The notes under the pieces: generated by a model | Database searches by the model: none | Told to the model about the DNA's origin: nothing | The model's input: only the letters and a program-made list of their open reading frames with translations | Source of the DNA: Felis catus | Taxonomy: Eukaryota | DNA: 64,000 nt | Reading direction: 5' to 3' | Assembly: GCF_018350175.1 (NCBI RefSeq) | Contig: NC_058368.1 | Location: forward strand, 97,838,001 to 97,902,000 | Position numbers and translations under genes: made by a program | Shown here: piece by piece, positions 1 through 13,917 of the stretch | Layout of the letters: each line of letters begins with the position of its first letter | How positions within the stretch are numbered: the stretch's first letter is position 1

Positions 1-869
1 GGAATCTATCCTAAGGAAATAGATAGGGACAGAGATCTCTGTACAGAATTCTATTCTACGACACCCATCCTCGTTGGGTTTGGTGTATCTACTTCAAGGA
101 AATAGGTGCTCTGATCCTCGGTGGCAGGTCCGTCTCAGAGCTGGACCCCAGCAGGCAGGTCTCGGTACTGACACCTCTGCCAGGCTTGTGGAGCGTAGCG
201 CCTGTCACTGCCCCGCGAAAGCAGTCTTAGCTTTGAAATCCCAGGCTCCTGTTTGGACCCCTCGCAGTTGATCCTGATTGTGAATGAGTTCCCCGTTATT
301 TTTTTCTGGGATAAGAAGTTGGCGTAGTTTTGGCTTTCCCTCCAGTTGATGAGGGTTTGCTTCTAAGATCAAGTTGCTGTATGTTGATAAGCCGGAGGCT
401 GTGTTGAGGAAGAACACGTGTGAGTTCAAGGCCTAGCCCCGCTTCTCGCTGGTGCGCTGGTGCTGTGGCCTTGAGCCGGTTATTACAGCTCTCAAGTTTT
501 CTCAGCTGTCGACTGGCAGGAAACAGGCTCACTGCAAGCTGATGGCTTGGCTTCTCAGGTGAGACTGTATTCCTAGGGCTGCTTTGTAATGGTAAGAATA
601 CATGGATATTACATTTTTTCCCATCTATCTAAAAACCTAGGGATTTCTTTTTCACTTCATTAGTCTATATACTATTTCCCCATTAGCTGTATGAACTTTG
701 ACGTATGTGTTTTCTTACTGCGAGGGAAGTTGACAGCGAGGGTGAACTTAAGAAACGTGGACAAGTCTCTGTGTCAGGCCAGGTCCACAGGCGATTCTGT
801 AGTGTTCGAACTCTCCAGCCTTCACTTGGTAATAATGACACGTTTGATAGGCCCTTACCGCACATCACA

Positions 870-1060
870 CGCTAAGCTAAGCGCTTGACACACTATTTCG
901 TTCAGCTCAGTGACACAGCTGCGTTATTTAGGTACTGTTGTCATGCCCCTGTAGATGAGGAGGCTGGAGCTCAGAGAGGTTAAGTAATTTGCCCAGGCTC
1001 ACCTTGCTTGGAAGTGGCAGAGCCTCGATTTTAACCCAGCCCTTCTGATGCTACAGCACA
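870..1060 (-). mobile_element. MIR SINE
   Basis: MIR core: agatgaggaggctggagctcagagaggttaagtaatttgcccagg. Confidence 0.8.
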
Positions 1061-1378
1061 GGGCTGATTTGCTACTTAGTTACACGGTGTTGTTTTGTCA
1101 TTACATGGCTTTCTCTTTCAAGGAGTAAGAAATACTTTTATTGTCAGGACTACAGCAAAGCCCTATATTCATAGGGTCTTAAATTCACATTTAAGAACAT
1201 AGACCGACATCCAAGTGTGGGTTGAGACACAGAACTCCCAGATCTGTCAGTTCAGATAAATTATTCTGTGGTTTTCCAAAATACACAAGGAGTCTTTTTG
1301 TTTGTTTCCTTAGGTATCTAGGAATTTGGGTACTATCTATAATCATTAAAGTATTATTGCTAGATAAAAGTTGCCTTT

Positions 1379-1835
<457 letters not shown>

Positions 1836-2090
1836 AGGACACACCACCTTATTAATAAGAATAGAGAAATTAAATACTCTCCTCTCCCAGATATGCAAAA
1901 GTGATCACAGCCAAGATACAGAGGACTCTGCTTAACATTTTCAGACTTTAGATAACTTTTCAGATTTTAATTTTTTACTAACTTTTCATGTTATAATTAT
2001 TTTTTACAATGAACTATAAGCTAGCATGTAATTATCTTTCTGTTCTTAGAGCTATATCTTCATAATAAAAAATTTTCTCCCAATTCTTTA
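1836..2090 (+). terminator. HSD17B4: HSD17B4 3'UTR with probable polyadenylation signal
   Basis: AT-rich UTR; AATAAA at 2064-2069 with T/GT-rich sequence downstream. The cleavage site is estimated. Confidence 0.7.
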
Positions 2091-3851
2091 GAACTGTGAT
2101 AGCATTTATAAGTGGAAAGGAACATTAAATGAGGAAAGCCACTTTGATGTCTTTTGCCCTTTGTTTTGCTAATTTCTGTTCTCTAATGTATTGATACCCC
2201 AGTTTTAACATGAATTGTCACATGTATTCACTTATTTTTCCATACTTTGCTATGACAGTGTTCTGCTTTAAAGCAGGAAAAACGTCTTTATGTTCCCAAA
2301 TAGTTTTCCTTCTTCTCGCCTCGGTTTTGTTGAAATTTTTTTATTTTCATAGAATGCCTGTAAATCTACCAAACATAAGAATTTTCTTCTTTAATCAGTA
2401 CTCTCAAATCAGAAATAGGTCACAGGCAAGTGCTGTCAACACTGGTGTTTTCCGCACCATTTTAGCTCGGATGATGTGTGCTGAGGAGATGCCCTTTTGA
2501 TGGGTCGGCCGCAGAGGCGACCAGCAAGTGGGATGCCAAGGTCGGAGATGGAGTGAATTCCAGTTGTGGAGTGCAGCCGAGAACATGTGTGCGGAGAGGG
2601 CTGTTATGGGCTGCGTTCCCTGGCCACCAGGCTTTGACGTGGAGATCTCCGGGCAGGAATGTATTTGGAGATGTGGGGATCAACGCCTGGGTGGAGAGTG
2701 GTAAGCAGAGGAGGCAGAGAGAGAACAGAGGAGGCTCTGGTGCCCGTCAGCATTGCCCTGCGCTAACCAGTCACCGATTACGGCCTGCCCTACAGACGGA
2801 CTGTGACCCGGGGCCGACGAGTGTGCTCAGAGACCGCTGTTGACTTGCTCAGGAGCTGGGGGACCATCTTCAGTCCCAAATAGGGCTTCGGGGAGTGTGG
2901 CCTGGCACTTCGCTTCAGGAGGCTCAGGGATCAAGGGAAACGGTCTCAGAAACATGGAATTGTAACATTTAGCACAGTGGGGGAACACGAAGGCACGCCT
3001 CAGGATGGTTGGCTTAATGAGTGAGCAGGATGCGGAGAAGACCTAGAAGTTATGCCTCAGCCTCACGATCTCTGTATGGTATCCTAAAACTATAATTCAG
3101 AGTGATTTTTTGTTACACCAGTAGAATTTGTTTTTTAAAAGGGCAGCCTTTTAACGTTGGTCTTTTGTCATAGCCGTTGTTGCTCTTGAGCTTGGAAGAG
3201 CTTAGTGTCCTTCCAAATAGAAACAGTATGTTAAAATGAATCAAATGCCACACACTGATGAGAGTGTTGAATGTAGACCCTACATCTTTAAAGCATGTTA
3301 AGAGATGTTTTAATTATCTTCCTAACCTTTGTCTGTCAGTCTCAAAGGTCAGAGAGAGGCTGTTATCCAGATTGAGCGGCTTCTTCTTCGTCTTTGTGCT
3401 CCTTAACTTTTTCTGTAATCTTCATACTGTTGAATACACTGTCCTCCTTATTTCATCATTTCCCTTTTATCCTTCATTAAGAAATATATTAACTTATTAA
3501 TCAACCCATGGGTTAGTCTCCCTGTTTTCTCTTTGTCTCTTCTATAATTTCTCCTATCTACCCATCTCTGTAGGATCAGGATTGAGGTTTCAGGCCTGAC
3601 CACCCTTTGGAAGACATTTTCTTCCTGGATGGTTTCATCTCCTCTCATATCTTCACCCATCGCCTGAGTGCTGGTGCCCCTGAACCTGTATTTTAGTTAT
3701 GCTCCTTCCATAATTCCACAGTCCCACCCACAGTTACAAGTTATTACGAGGCTGTTGTCCTCTGGTTACTGTGCAGGTCAACACATCGTCTTCCCCTCCA
3801 CCCCTAAATGCGCATGTATTCTTGTTGCCTTAGTTAAGAACATCACCTCTT

Positions 3852-3980
3852 AGGGACACCTAGGTGGCCCAGTCGGGTAAGTGTCAGACTCTTGATCTCG
3901 GCTCAGGTCGGGATTTTGTGGTTCGTGAGCTTGAGCCCCGCATGGGGCTCTGCACTGAGTGGGGATCCTGCTTGGGATTC

Positions 3981-4024
<44 letters not shown>

Positions 4025-4031
4025 AAAACAA
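3852..4031 (+). mobile_element. Can-SINE (older)
   Basis: Head, (CT)n and tail; degenerate TSD aagaacaYcacct. Confidence 0.9.
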
Positions 4032-4339
4032 AAGAACACCACCTTTTGCTGAGGCAAACTAAGAAACCAGTCACCTTCGACTTTTCTAGTGCTCACCCCC
4101 CACATCCAGTCCTTCAGTTCCATTTACTGAATCTTCCAGGGTTTTCCAGTTGCTGCTACCATGTATACCCTCTTAGTGGATAGCTCATTTAGTGGTGTTC
4201 CCACTGGTCTCCAGTTTTTCACCACGCACCTCCTGCCCACCAGAGGGGCCTTACTAGGACACATACCTGAATAAATATGTGACTTCCCAACTCAGAAACC
4301 TGACAGGGTTCTCACTTAGTCTTCTCTCCATCAGACTCT

Positions 4340-5420
4340 GGCATGGTTCAGTGTCGCATCAGTTGGGATCCTTGCGGTGGCCAAGAATAAAACTAGTTCA
4401 CACTGGTAACACAACTTGCCTGCGTAACAGAGGAAACATCTAGAAGGGTAGGACCGTCTTTGAAGGGGCTTGATCAAGCAATTGACTGTGATCCTGGCCC
4501 AATTCCTTGCCTTCTGTGCCTGCCTTATCCGCAGGCTCCATGTGGTACCCTCCCTGGTAACTCCAGGTTGTTCTTGTTTGGTCATAAGAAGGCAACCACC
4601 AGGTGCAGCCTCACAGTCCCATCCCACATCAACCAGCAGAATAAAGAACGCTGGGTTCTCTCAGAAGCCCAGGGAAGGCCTCATCTGGTCTCACTAGCCA
4701 TGCTGGAGTCAGAAGCCAATCCTCGGATCACCTCTATAGAGATGTTGGCTATGCATGCAACTATCAGGACCCAAACTTATGGCTGAGGGTAGTGTGTTGG
4801 CAGGTCCCCAAGACTCCCCTGGTTTTGATGATTTGCTGGGAGGACTCGTGGGACTCAGCAAACAGCCACACTCAAGACTACAATTTATTATATCAAAAAG
4901 ATGCAAAACAAAAGCAGAAAAAGGAAGAGGCTGCATCGAGTGAAGTCCAGAGGAAATCAGGTACAAGCTTTCAAGACTTTTTTTTTCCCATGGAGCCACC
5001 CAAGACACGCTTAATCCCCCCAGCATCAAATCGTGACAACACGTGTAAAATGTCTAAGACTCAGTGTCCAGGGTTTTCACTGGGAGGCTTGTCACACAGG
5101 CTCGTCTTGCCAGACCCCGTAGCAGAATTCCAGATTCATAGAAGGAAAGCAGGTATATTTAGCATAAACCCCCTGGTACAGTTTGGGAACAGGGAGCTGC
5201 TTTCTCAGGGAATGGGGGAGCCCTCCTGAAAGCTAAGTTCCCACATGCCAGCCGAGGGCCAACCTTGCAGGCAAACCTTTCTAAGGATAGCTGTCTCAGA
5301 GCTGCCCTGTTAACTCTTCTGCATCCATGGGATCATTCCCCCGAACCTCATGGCCCAAGAGCTCATCAGGTGTGATGTCTGAGGAAATCAAGAATACTGG
5401 GAAACCAAATCACAATGGTC
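4340..5420 (-). mobile_element. Old MaLR (MLT1-like) LTR remnant interrupted by another LTR
   Basis: Degenerate MLT1-like sequence on both sides of the 4792-5325 insert; recognised by eye only. Confidence 0.35.
4792..5325. mobile_element. MER77/MER68-like (MER21-group) ERVL solo LTR
   Basis: ggtccccaagactcccctggttttgatgatttgctgggaggactc ... gggccaaccttgcaggcaaacctttctaaggatagc ... ttaactcttctgca follows the recalled consensus from end to end. Confidence 0.7.
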
Positions 5421-5574
5421 CCTCTGCAAAGACTCCTTAGCTCTTTTTTTTTTTTTTTTTAACTTCATCACCTGGTAAACTCCTCTATCTCCTTAAACTT
5501 TTCAAGTGTGCACCTGTGTGAAACTGTTCTTAGGAATACTGTTGACTTCTCACAGAAGTCGGTGTATCTATTTT

Positions 5575-5780
5575 ATTTTTTAATTTTTTAAAATGTTTAT
5601 TTTTGTGAGAGAGAGAGAGCACAAGCAGGGGAGGAGCAGAGAGAGAGGGAGACACAGAATCTGAAGCAGGCTCCAGGCTCTGAGCTGTCAGCACAGAGCC
5701 TGATGCGGGGTTCAAACCCACAAACCATGAGATCATGAAGCTGAAGTCGGACCCTCAACCAACTGAGCCACCCAGGTGCC
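5575..5780 (-). mobile_element. Can-SINE
   Basis: Reverse-complement SINE body ending gccacccaggtgcc. Confidence 0.9.
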
Positions 5781-6324
5781 ACGGATATATCTGTTTTAAA
5801 GGACACAATCTAAGCAAGTGGATTTTTATAGTGAAGGGAAATAGATTTGAATAATAATCTATTTAATGATAGTACTCTAACACAAACTTTACCCTTTATT
5901 AAGTCAGCAAATAGAGCAGCCAAATTAAATGATAACCTAATTCCACTGAGAAATCCTGAAAGTGAGAAACCTTAAAACTTGAAAGTTACAGAGAGTGATT
6001 TTCTGAAGAGCAGAGCATTTTAAGTCAGTGTGGACTAAGGTATTTAAGAGAGGAGAGGAAAGAAAAAAAAACACAACTGTTTAAAAACCCATAAATAGGC
6101 AAAAAAAAAAAAAAAACCCTGCAAGCCTTGGTAAAAATGAATGTAGATATATTTTACATGAATATGCAGTATATTGGCTCAAAGTGACCTCTAGACATCA
6201 GGGTTAGCGTTGCTCGAAAAATGGAAAAAGATACCTGAAGGGATAAAAGGCTGAAGCACTAAAGTTCCAAATGTACCCATGTAAGTGTGAGTTATTTATA
6301 GTCTTGTCCTGAACCCAACTTTTT

Positions 6325-6525
6325 AAAATTTTTTAAATGTTTAGCTTTGAGAGAGAGCAAAGTGGGGGAGGGGCAGAGAGGGAGAGAGACACAGAATCCG
6401 AATCAGGCTCCAGGCTCTGAGCTGTCAGCACAGAGCGTGACACGGGGCTCAAACCCACCAACCAAAGAGATCATGCCCTGAGCCGAAGTCAGACACTCAA
6501 CCAAATGAGCTACCGAAGCACCCCC
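6325..6525 (-). mobile_element. Can-SINE
   Basis: Reverse-complement body flanked by cctgaacc on both sides. Confidence 0.9.
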
Positions 6526-6908
6526 TGAACCTCTGTTTTAAGAAGCTTGGCTACATAAATTGTCCACAGCTGACGAGAATAACAAAATACACAAGCAGAA
6601 AGAGCTGTGTGTTGCTTGGGGCAGCATTGACTGGGGGAAGTTTCTGGAGGTATAATGGAAGAAGATGTAAAATTGAACCAGAAAAACAGATTAAAAAGTA
6701 TCACATCGAGGAAGAGTCCTTTGAAGGGATATTGAACAGCTCAGCTTTGTATTCCATAATGTCTTTTGATGTTACAACTTTTTTTTTTTTTTAAACACCT
6801 TTGTTAAAAAAGGTACAAACTTGTACAAAAACAGGTCGGGGGTTGGATTTGGCCTATAGGATGGGGCCTGGGGTAGATATTGAGTGCCAGTTAAGAAAAC
6901 AGTACTTA

Positions 6909-7060
6909 AGGGGCGCCTGGGTGGCTCAGTCGGTTAAGCCTCCGACTCTTGGTTTCCGCTCAGGTCACGATCTCGTGGTTTGTGGGTTTGAGCCCTGCAT
7001 GGGGCTCCTCGCTGGGATTCTCCCTCTCCTCTCTCTCAAAATAAATGAATAATAACAAAA
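6909..7060 (+). mobile_element. Can-SINE (short form)
   Basis: TSD aagaaaacagtaYttaag at 6893-6910 and 7061-7078. Confidence 0.9.
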
Positions 7061-7166
7061 AAGAAAACAGTATTTAAGACTGTCATTCTTTCTTGCTGTA
7101 AACAATGATGGAAGTACGCAAGACCCTCTCCCACTCACACACCCGGGCAGTTAAAACTGCCGGGCA

Positions 7167-7407
7167 GGGGGCGCCTGGGTGGCTCAGTCGGTTGAGTGTC
7201 CGACTTCAGCTCAGGTCACGATCTTGCGGTCTGTGAGTTCGAGCCCCGCGTCAGGCTCTGGGCTGATGGCTCGGAGCCTGGAGTCTGTTTCCGATTCTGT
7301 GTCCCCCCCTCTCTCTCTGCCTCTCCCCCGTTCATGCTCTGTCTCTCTCTGTCTCAAAAATAAATAAATGTTAAAATAAATAAATAAATAAATAAAAAGA
7401 AAATAAA
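7167..7407 (+). mobile_element. Felid Can-SINE
   Basis: Perfect TSD taaaactgccgggca at 7152-7166 and 7408-7422. Confidence 0.95.
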
Positions 7408-8094
7408 TAAAACTGCCGGGCACACACAGTTACCAGCTCGTACCAGCCTGAGCTGTGCATTCCCTGTATCACTGAGAGGCACCGGCACCTACTCAAGTTT
7501 TCCAAACAGCAACTCAGGTATCACCTCGATCTTCGCTTTTCATCCCCGTCAACATTCATGAGCCTCCGCCCTGTTTACACAGTGCTGTTGTAAACATTGC
7601 CCTTCCTCGGAGTTGTTTTCTTAGACTAAAACTTTCAGGAGTGGAATTACTTACTGGGTCAGATGGTAAGAGCGGCTTTACAGCTGGCAGGTTCCCTGTA
7701 GGCTTGTCTCACTTGGGGAGGTGAGGCGAGGAAGGCAGGTGTCAGCGTGTCCATAACGGTGAGTTTTGTCATAAAAAAAAACAAAAGTGATGGCCTTAAG
7801 CAAAGTCATTCCCTGCTGACAGCAGCAAGGCTTTCATTGCTTAGCGTTACTACGTTTTGTATCACCGAACAAGGAAAAGCAATTGAAGCAATTAAGACTC
7901 AGATGTCTGATTCAAATGAGGTGGCTGTGGCAGTAAATTGGACAAGAGGTATGTGCCCTGTGTCTGGGGGCTGGCCCCTGTTTTTGATTGGAAGTGGGTT
8001 CGTGATCAGAGCATAACAGTCCTGTTCACCCAGTGTATTGTAAGAAAATCCGTAGTGTTGTGTGTTTAAGTGAGTTGAATCTTTGACTTAAAAT

Positions 8095-8290
8095 ATTTTT
8101 AAGTTTATTTATTTTAAGAGAGAGTGAGCAGGGATGAGCAGGGGAGGGGCAGAGAGAGTCAGAATCCCACGCAGGCTCTACTCTGTCAGTGCAGAGTCCG
8201 ATGTGGGGCTCAATCTCATGAATCGTGTGATCATGACCTGAGCCAAAATCAAAAGTTGGACGCTTAACCTACTGAGTCACCCAGTTGTCC
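8095..8290 (-). mobile_element. Can-SINE
   Basis: Reverse-complement SINE body. Confidence 0.88.
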
Positions 8291-8884
8291 GGACCTTTGT
8301 GAATAATCACCTGAAGCTGAGTCCAATGACAGCCAAGCCTCAACCCAAAGTGAGCCTTCACGTTTGCCCGTGCCCCAACGGAGGACACATGGACAGTGAA
8401 AGTGTGTTTTACCCTTGATTCTGATTGGGAGATTAGAGATTGGGGTGTTGGTACCACGACTTTCTTGCCCATTGTCCCCAATGAAAATAGACCTCCCTTC
8501 TTTTTCTTCTGCCTAATTCAGAGTACTCAGTTTTATTGGCCTGTGGAGGTAAGGACACACTGGATGGAACAAATTATTTCCCCTCACTCTTCACCCTTCA
8601 GCTTAATATGGAAGCAGTAGCAGAAATTGTTTCCCAGAGAACAATTTTCAAGACCATTAATGGATCCTCAGTCAAGGAGTATTCATTGGACTCCTAATGT
8701 GTACTGGGCGTTGGAGATCCAGATGTGAACAAGGAAGACAGAATATCTGACATTATGGAGCTAGTTCCATTGAAGAGTGAATGCAATTTTATTGTTATGT
8801 CTTAAGATATTATCATTTAAAGAAATTACTATTCTTTAGCACATGTTCCATGATGTCTCAGGTTTGAATTCAATTGCATTAAAA

Positions 8885-9574
8885 TTTTTTTTAATGTTTA
8901 TTTATTTTTGAGAGAGACAGAGAGAGAGAGCACAAGCGGGGGAGAGGCAGAGAGGGAGACACAGAATCTAAAGCAGGCTCCAGGCTCTGAGCTGTCAGCA
9001 CAGAGCCTGACGTGGGACTTGAACCTACAAACTGTGAGATCATGACCTGAGCTGAAATCAGATGCTTAACTGACTGAGCCACCCAGGTGCCCCCAGTTGC
9101 ATTTTTTTTTTAATTTTTTTTTTTAATGTTTATTTTTGAGACAGAGAGAGACAGAGAATGAACAGGGGAGGGTCAGAGAGAGAGGGAGACACAGAATCCG
9201 AAGCAGGCTCCAGGCTCTGAGCTGTCAGCACAGAGCCTGACGCGGCGCTTGAACTCACAGACCATGAGATCATGACCCGAGCCGAAGTCGGTCGCTTAAC
9301 CGACTGAGCCACCCAGGTGCCCCCCAGTTGCATTATTTATTTATTTATTTTTTTTTTTAAATTTTTTTTTTCAACGTTTATTTATTTTTGGGACAGAGAG
9401 AGACAGAGCATGAACGGGGGAGGGGCAGAGAGAGAGGGAAACACAGAATCGGAAACAGGCTCCAGGCTCTGAGCCATCAGCCCAGAGCCCGACGCGGGGC
9501 TCGAACTCACGGACCGCGAGATCGTGACCTGGCTGAAGTCGGACGCTTAACCGACTGCGCCACCCAGGCGCCCC
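8885..9574 (-). mobile_element. Three tandem Can-SINEs (about 8885-9093, 9104-9324, 9335-9574)
   Basis: Three consecutive bodies, each preceded by ca(a/g)ttgcatt; the third is the young CpG-rich type. Confidence 0.93.
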
Positions 9575-9646
9575 AAGATTATTAAAAAAAAAATAAAAAA
9601 TAATAAAATTAAAAAAAAATAATATAATCTTAAAAAAAGAAATATG

Positions 9647-9805
9647 AGGGCACCTGGGTGCCTCAGTCGGTCAAGTGTCTGACTCTTGATTTCGGCTCAG
9701 GTCACTAACTCACTGTTTGCGAGTTCAAGCTTACAGCGTAGAACCTGCTTGGGATTTTCTCTGCCCCTTTCTTTTTCTCTCAAAAATAAATAAATAAACT
9801 TAAAA
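9647..9805 (+). mobile_element. Can-SINE
   Basis: Head gggcacctgggtg and tail aaaaataaataaataaac. Confidence 0.88.
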
Positions 9806-10087
9806 AAGGAGAAATGTGTATTTTTCCTACCTGTGAATTGTTAGCTTCTAACTCCTTAGAGTTGACAATTAAAAAAACCTGATTTGGCAGACGGCCATGT
9901 AACTCAGAAGATAATGAATTGCGCCATATCACCCTGGGAGACTCAGGAATGTCACACCAAGAAACAAGGTCGCCCACTCCTACTTCGTGTTTATTCTACT
10001 ATGCATTCAAAGCGATATCTCTAAACCTCCATCCCTATCTTTGGTACATCATCTGATTTGACTTAGACCCCTTAATTAAGCTGAATG

Positions 10088-10305
10088 TGGGGCACCTGGA
10101 CGGCTCAGTTAAGTGTCTGACTCCGGCTCAGGTCCTGATCTCGCGGTTTGTGGGTTCGAGCCCCACGTCGGGCTCTGTGCTGACAGCTCAGAGCCTGGAG
10201 CCTGTTTCGGATTCTGTGTCTCCCTGTCTCTCTGCCCCTCCCCCCACTCACACTCTGTCTCTCTCAAAAATAAAAATAAATATTAAAAATAATTTTTAAA
10301 AAATT
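10088..10305 (+). mobile_element. Can-SINE
   Basis: Head, body and tail present. Confidence 0.9.
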
Positions 10306-10754
10306 AAACTAAATGTAGCTCAGAGGAGTGCTGATCTATAATGCCAGCAGGAGTTTTACTCTTTAACTTTGGAATTATAGAAAATTCTCTAAAGATGAAA
10401 TAGGAGAACGCTGGGTATTGTAGAATTACTTGGACCAGAGAAGCCCCTTTATGTTGGACATGTTTTATTTCTGATTTTCCTTGCAGGGTTGAAAACATGC
10501 TCCTGGCTTATTCCCCTCTAGCTCCTCAATGTTTTAAAGTTCTTTCCCCTAACTTCCTTTTTACAATACCTTGGGGAGTCCTCTCTCCTGGACCATCACA
10601 CCTCCTCTAATACCCAAGCAAATATCTTTTGTCTTTTTCTGACAAAATCTTATAGTTGACAGTCAAGTTTTCTCTTGAATTTAATTAGGTTTATAACTCT
10701 ATTATCCAGGCAAATACTTAGAGGCGTGAGACATGGTCTGTTAATTTCAAGTTC

Positions 10755-10981
10755 TTTTTTATTTTTATATTTTTTAAATGTTTATTTATTTTTGACACAG
10801 AGAGAGAGAGACCGAGCATGAGCAGGGGAGGGGCAGAGAGAGGGAGACACAGAATCTGAAGCAGGCTCCAGGCCCTGAACTGTCAGCACAGAGCCCGATG
10901 CTGGGCTGGAACTCACGGACTGTGAGATCATGATCTCAGCCGAAGTCAGATGCTCAACCGACTGAGCCACCCAGTTGCCCC
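10755..10981 (-). mobile_element. Can-SINE
   Basis: TSD aatttcaagttct on both sides. Confidence 0.92.
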
Positions 10982-11367
10982 AAATTTCAAGTTCTATAGA
11001 GTAGCTCATCGTTGACTTCTTTGTATACCTTGAAAGTGCAGTTATTACTATTATAAATGTAATAGGGAGTTATGCCTATATCATAACTGTGGGAGTTATG
11101 CCTTTATCATTCAGCCATTCTGTAAAAATCACAGGTTTAAAATCTCCAAATGAAGTTAATTAAAACGGTTAGTTCATTTTTATTTCATACATTCAGTGAT
11201 ATTTAATTTAAGCACATATTCGATAATTAGACTACAACCACAAAAATTGCTCAGTCTTGTATTCTTTGTAAAGGCATTCAATTTTCTAAACTTGTGTTTG
11301 TTTTGTTTCAACTCACCAGAAAATCAGTTCACGACACAGAGAAGCAAATGAAAACTTGAGAAGTTCT

Positions 11368-11592
11368 TTTTTTTTTTTTTTTAATATTTTTAAAAGTGTA
11401 TTTATTTATTTTGAGAGAGAGCCACTACAAGCAGGGGAGAGGCAGAAAGAGGGAAGAGAGAGAATCAGAAGCAGTCTCAGCGCCCTGTCAGGATGGAGCC
11501 CAATGCAGGGCTTGATCTCACAAACCGTAAGATCGTGACCTGAGCTGAAATCAAGAATCCGCTGCTTAACCGACTGAGCCGCTCAGGTGCCC
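11368..11592 (-). mobile_element. Can-SINE
   Basis: Reverse-complement SINE body. Confidence 0.88.
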
Positions 11593-12969
11593 TAAAACTT
11601 TACAAGCTCTGATAGTCCAATGGGCCTGTTTTCATACTTCATCTCACTTTTCTATGTCAAAGAATGAGCCTTATCATGATATTTTATCCTCAAAAGAACA
11701 TTCATTTGTCGTCAGAGTTACTGGATCTAATAACATATTGACATAGTTGATTGGTGTAGTTGAAACAGATTGTTGCTGAAATGGATTCACTAGTGTCTCT
11801 ACTCTGGAACGTCTGCAGGGAACTACGAAGAGCTGCCTGGTTTTGTGAGCCACCTTACACACTCGGGCTCATTTTTATTCCCTTTCTGACCTGAAACAAA
11901 CCAGCCCAGAGATAAGGAGGGGAATGGCTGCCCGTGGCTGTGAGCTCCAGTCCATTTACTGCTGGAATGAGCTGTGAGATCTGGGCATGCCACTCCCCAG
12001 GCTGGTTCCCTAGCTGTTACGAGCATGGACTAGGTCACTGCCAGAAGGTTGTCTTGCTTCAAGATTTCCAGAACCCTATGAGCATGCACTTTCCAACGTT
12101 GCTTTGAAATCAAATATTTCACTTCATTGAGTAAGAATCATACATATGTCCAGTTAAACGCCGGTGATGAAAAGGGGAAAATGGCACAATTAAGCTGTTA
12201 GCAGTCTTGATAGGTGAAGTGGGTCAGGCCCAAGTTTTCCAGCACTCCATCACCCCTCATTAATAATTGAATCCAGAGTTTCCATCCTGCTTACAGTGAG
12301 AAATCCAGTGTCCCCACCAATGCGCCCAAGTATTCTTGGGGAGTTTTAATGGCTTTTCCAGTCACCTTTTGATATGATTTTCTGATTCCATTGGATCATA
12401 ATCTCTCATTTCACCCGGCTCAGCCATTCCTTTCTGCCCTGAAACTAAATTTGGAGCAGCATTCACTTTTGTTGACATTTTCTCCACACACACTCAAGGT
12501 AATTATGTGTACTGGGCAGATACCAAAACACTTGGATGAATACAGAGGGCTTACCTTACAGCTTAGCCCAACTGGCTACTCATGGCATATACTAGACCCT
12601 CTGGCTCTTAAAAGTGCCTTGGCCATTCCCACTGTCCAAGTGCTTTGGCCATTCCCCAATGGGATGACTCCTCTCACATCTCTGCTCACCTCTCATGCCC
12701 CTGGAAGCTCCATGCTCTCCCCCTTTATCATATCCAGTGGTTTGGCTCATTTCTCAACCAGGCCATTTGGGAGTTTCTCTTCACAGATAACAAGGATTCC
12801 ATTGTACATACCTCAACAGATACATTTCTTTCCCTGAGAGGCTTCAGCATCTAGCTTACATGTATTATCTCCTTCTGGGCCACATAAGATGGCAAGATAG
12901 GGAGAGAGGTGCATAGGAAGACCTGAGGACCCTGGGGAAAAGGATGCTGGGAAAGGGAGTAGTCTGTGC

Positions 12970-13170
12970 CAAGAGTTTTACAAGCACCATCCCAGCCAGT
13001 CTTCACAACAAACCTGTGAGGTAGATGATTTGATGACCCCCATTACAAAGATGAGGAAATAGGTTTGGGGAGGTTAAATCACTCGCTCACCATCATATCA
13101 CTGTCAAGTGGCAGATCTGGGATTTGGAGACACATAGTTTTCATTTTTCATCATGGTAAAATGCTGCCTT
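12970..13170 (-). mobile_element. MIR
   Basis: cacaacaaacctgtgaggtag ... cccattacaaagatgaggaaataggtttggggaggttaaatcac. Confidence 0.7.
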
Positions 13171-13390
13171 ATCCATTATGCTGGCGCCCCCCACCCCCGA
13201 CATTATTGCATTTTATTCCTGTGATTTATGTGCAGTTTTCTTCATTTTTTTTTTTTCCCAGAGAGGAAACTTTGCCAAAGTCACAGACTTAGGATGTAGT
13301 GGTGCCGGGAGTCAAACTTAGATCACTCGTCTCCTAATTCCACGTGGCACGCTGCCTTGATGGGCTTTCCATTTGAAATATTCATGTATC

Positions 13391-13917
13391 GCAATAGCAC
13401 TGCTAGGTATTTACCCAAGGGATACAGGAGTGTCGATGCATAGGGGCCCTTGTGCCCCAATGTTTATAGCAGCACTTTCAACAACAGCCAAATTATGGAA
13501 AGAGCCTAAATGTCCATCAACTGATGAATGGATAAAGAAGGTGTGGTTTATATATACAATGGAATACTACTTGGCAAAGAGAAAGAATGACATACGGCCT
13601 TTCGTAGCAACGTGGATGGAACTGGAGAGTGTTATGGTAAGTGAAATAAGTTATACAGAGAAAGACAGATACCATATGTTTTCACTCTTATGTGGATCCT
13701 GAGAAACTTAGCAGAAGACCATGGGTGAGGGGAAGGAAAAAAAAAGGTTAGAGAGGGAGGGAGTCAAAACATAAGAGACTCTTAAAAACTGAGAAAAAAC
13801 TGAGGGTAGATGGGGGTTGGGAGGGGAGGGTGGGTGATGGATATTGAGGAGGGCACCTGTTGGGATGAGCACTGGGTTTTGTATGGAAACCAATTTGACA
13901 ATAAATTTCATATTAAA
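13391..13917 (+). mobile_element. 5'-truncated carnivore/felid L1 (ORF2 C-terminus and 3'UTR)
   Basis: Translates to LLGIYPRD..MFIAALSTTAKLWKEPKCPSTDEWIKKVWFIYTMEYY; perfect 15-bp TSD aaatattcatgtatc at 13376-13390 and 13918-13932. Confidence 0.95.

Noticed and set aside
4792..5229. 145-aa ORF
   Set aside because: Lies inside a MER77/MER68-like LTR with no recognisable protein motif.
12391..12837. 148-aa ORF
   Set aside because: Non-ATG start, no recognisable homology and no convincing exon structure.
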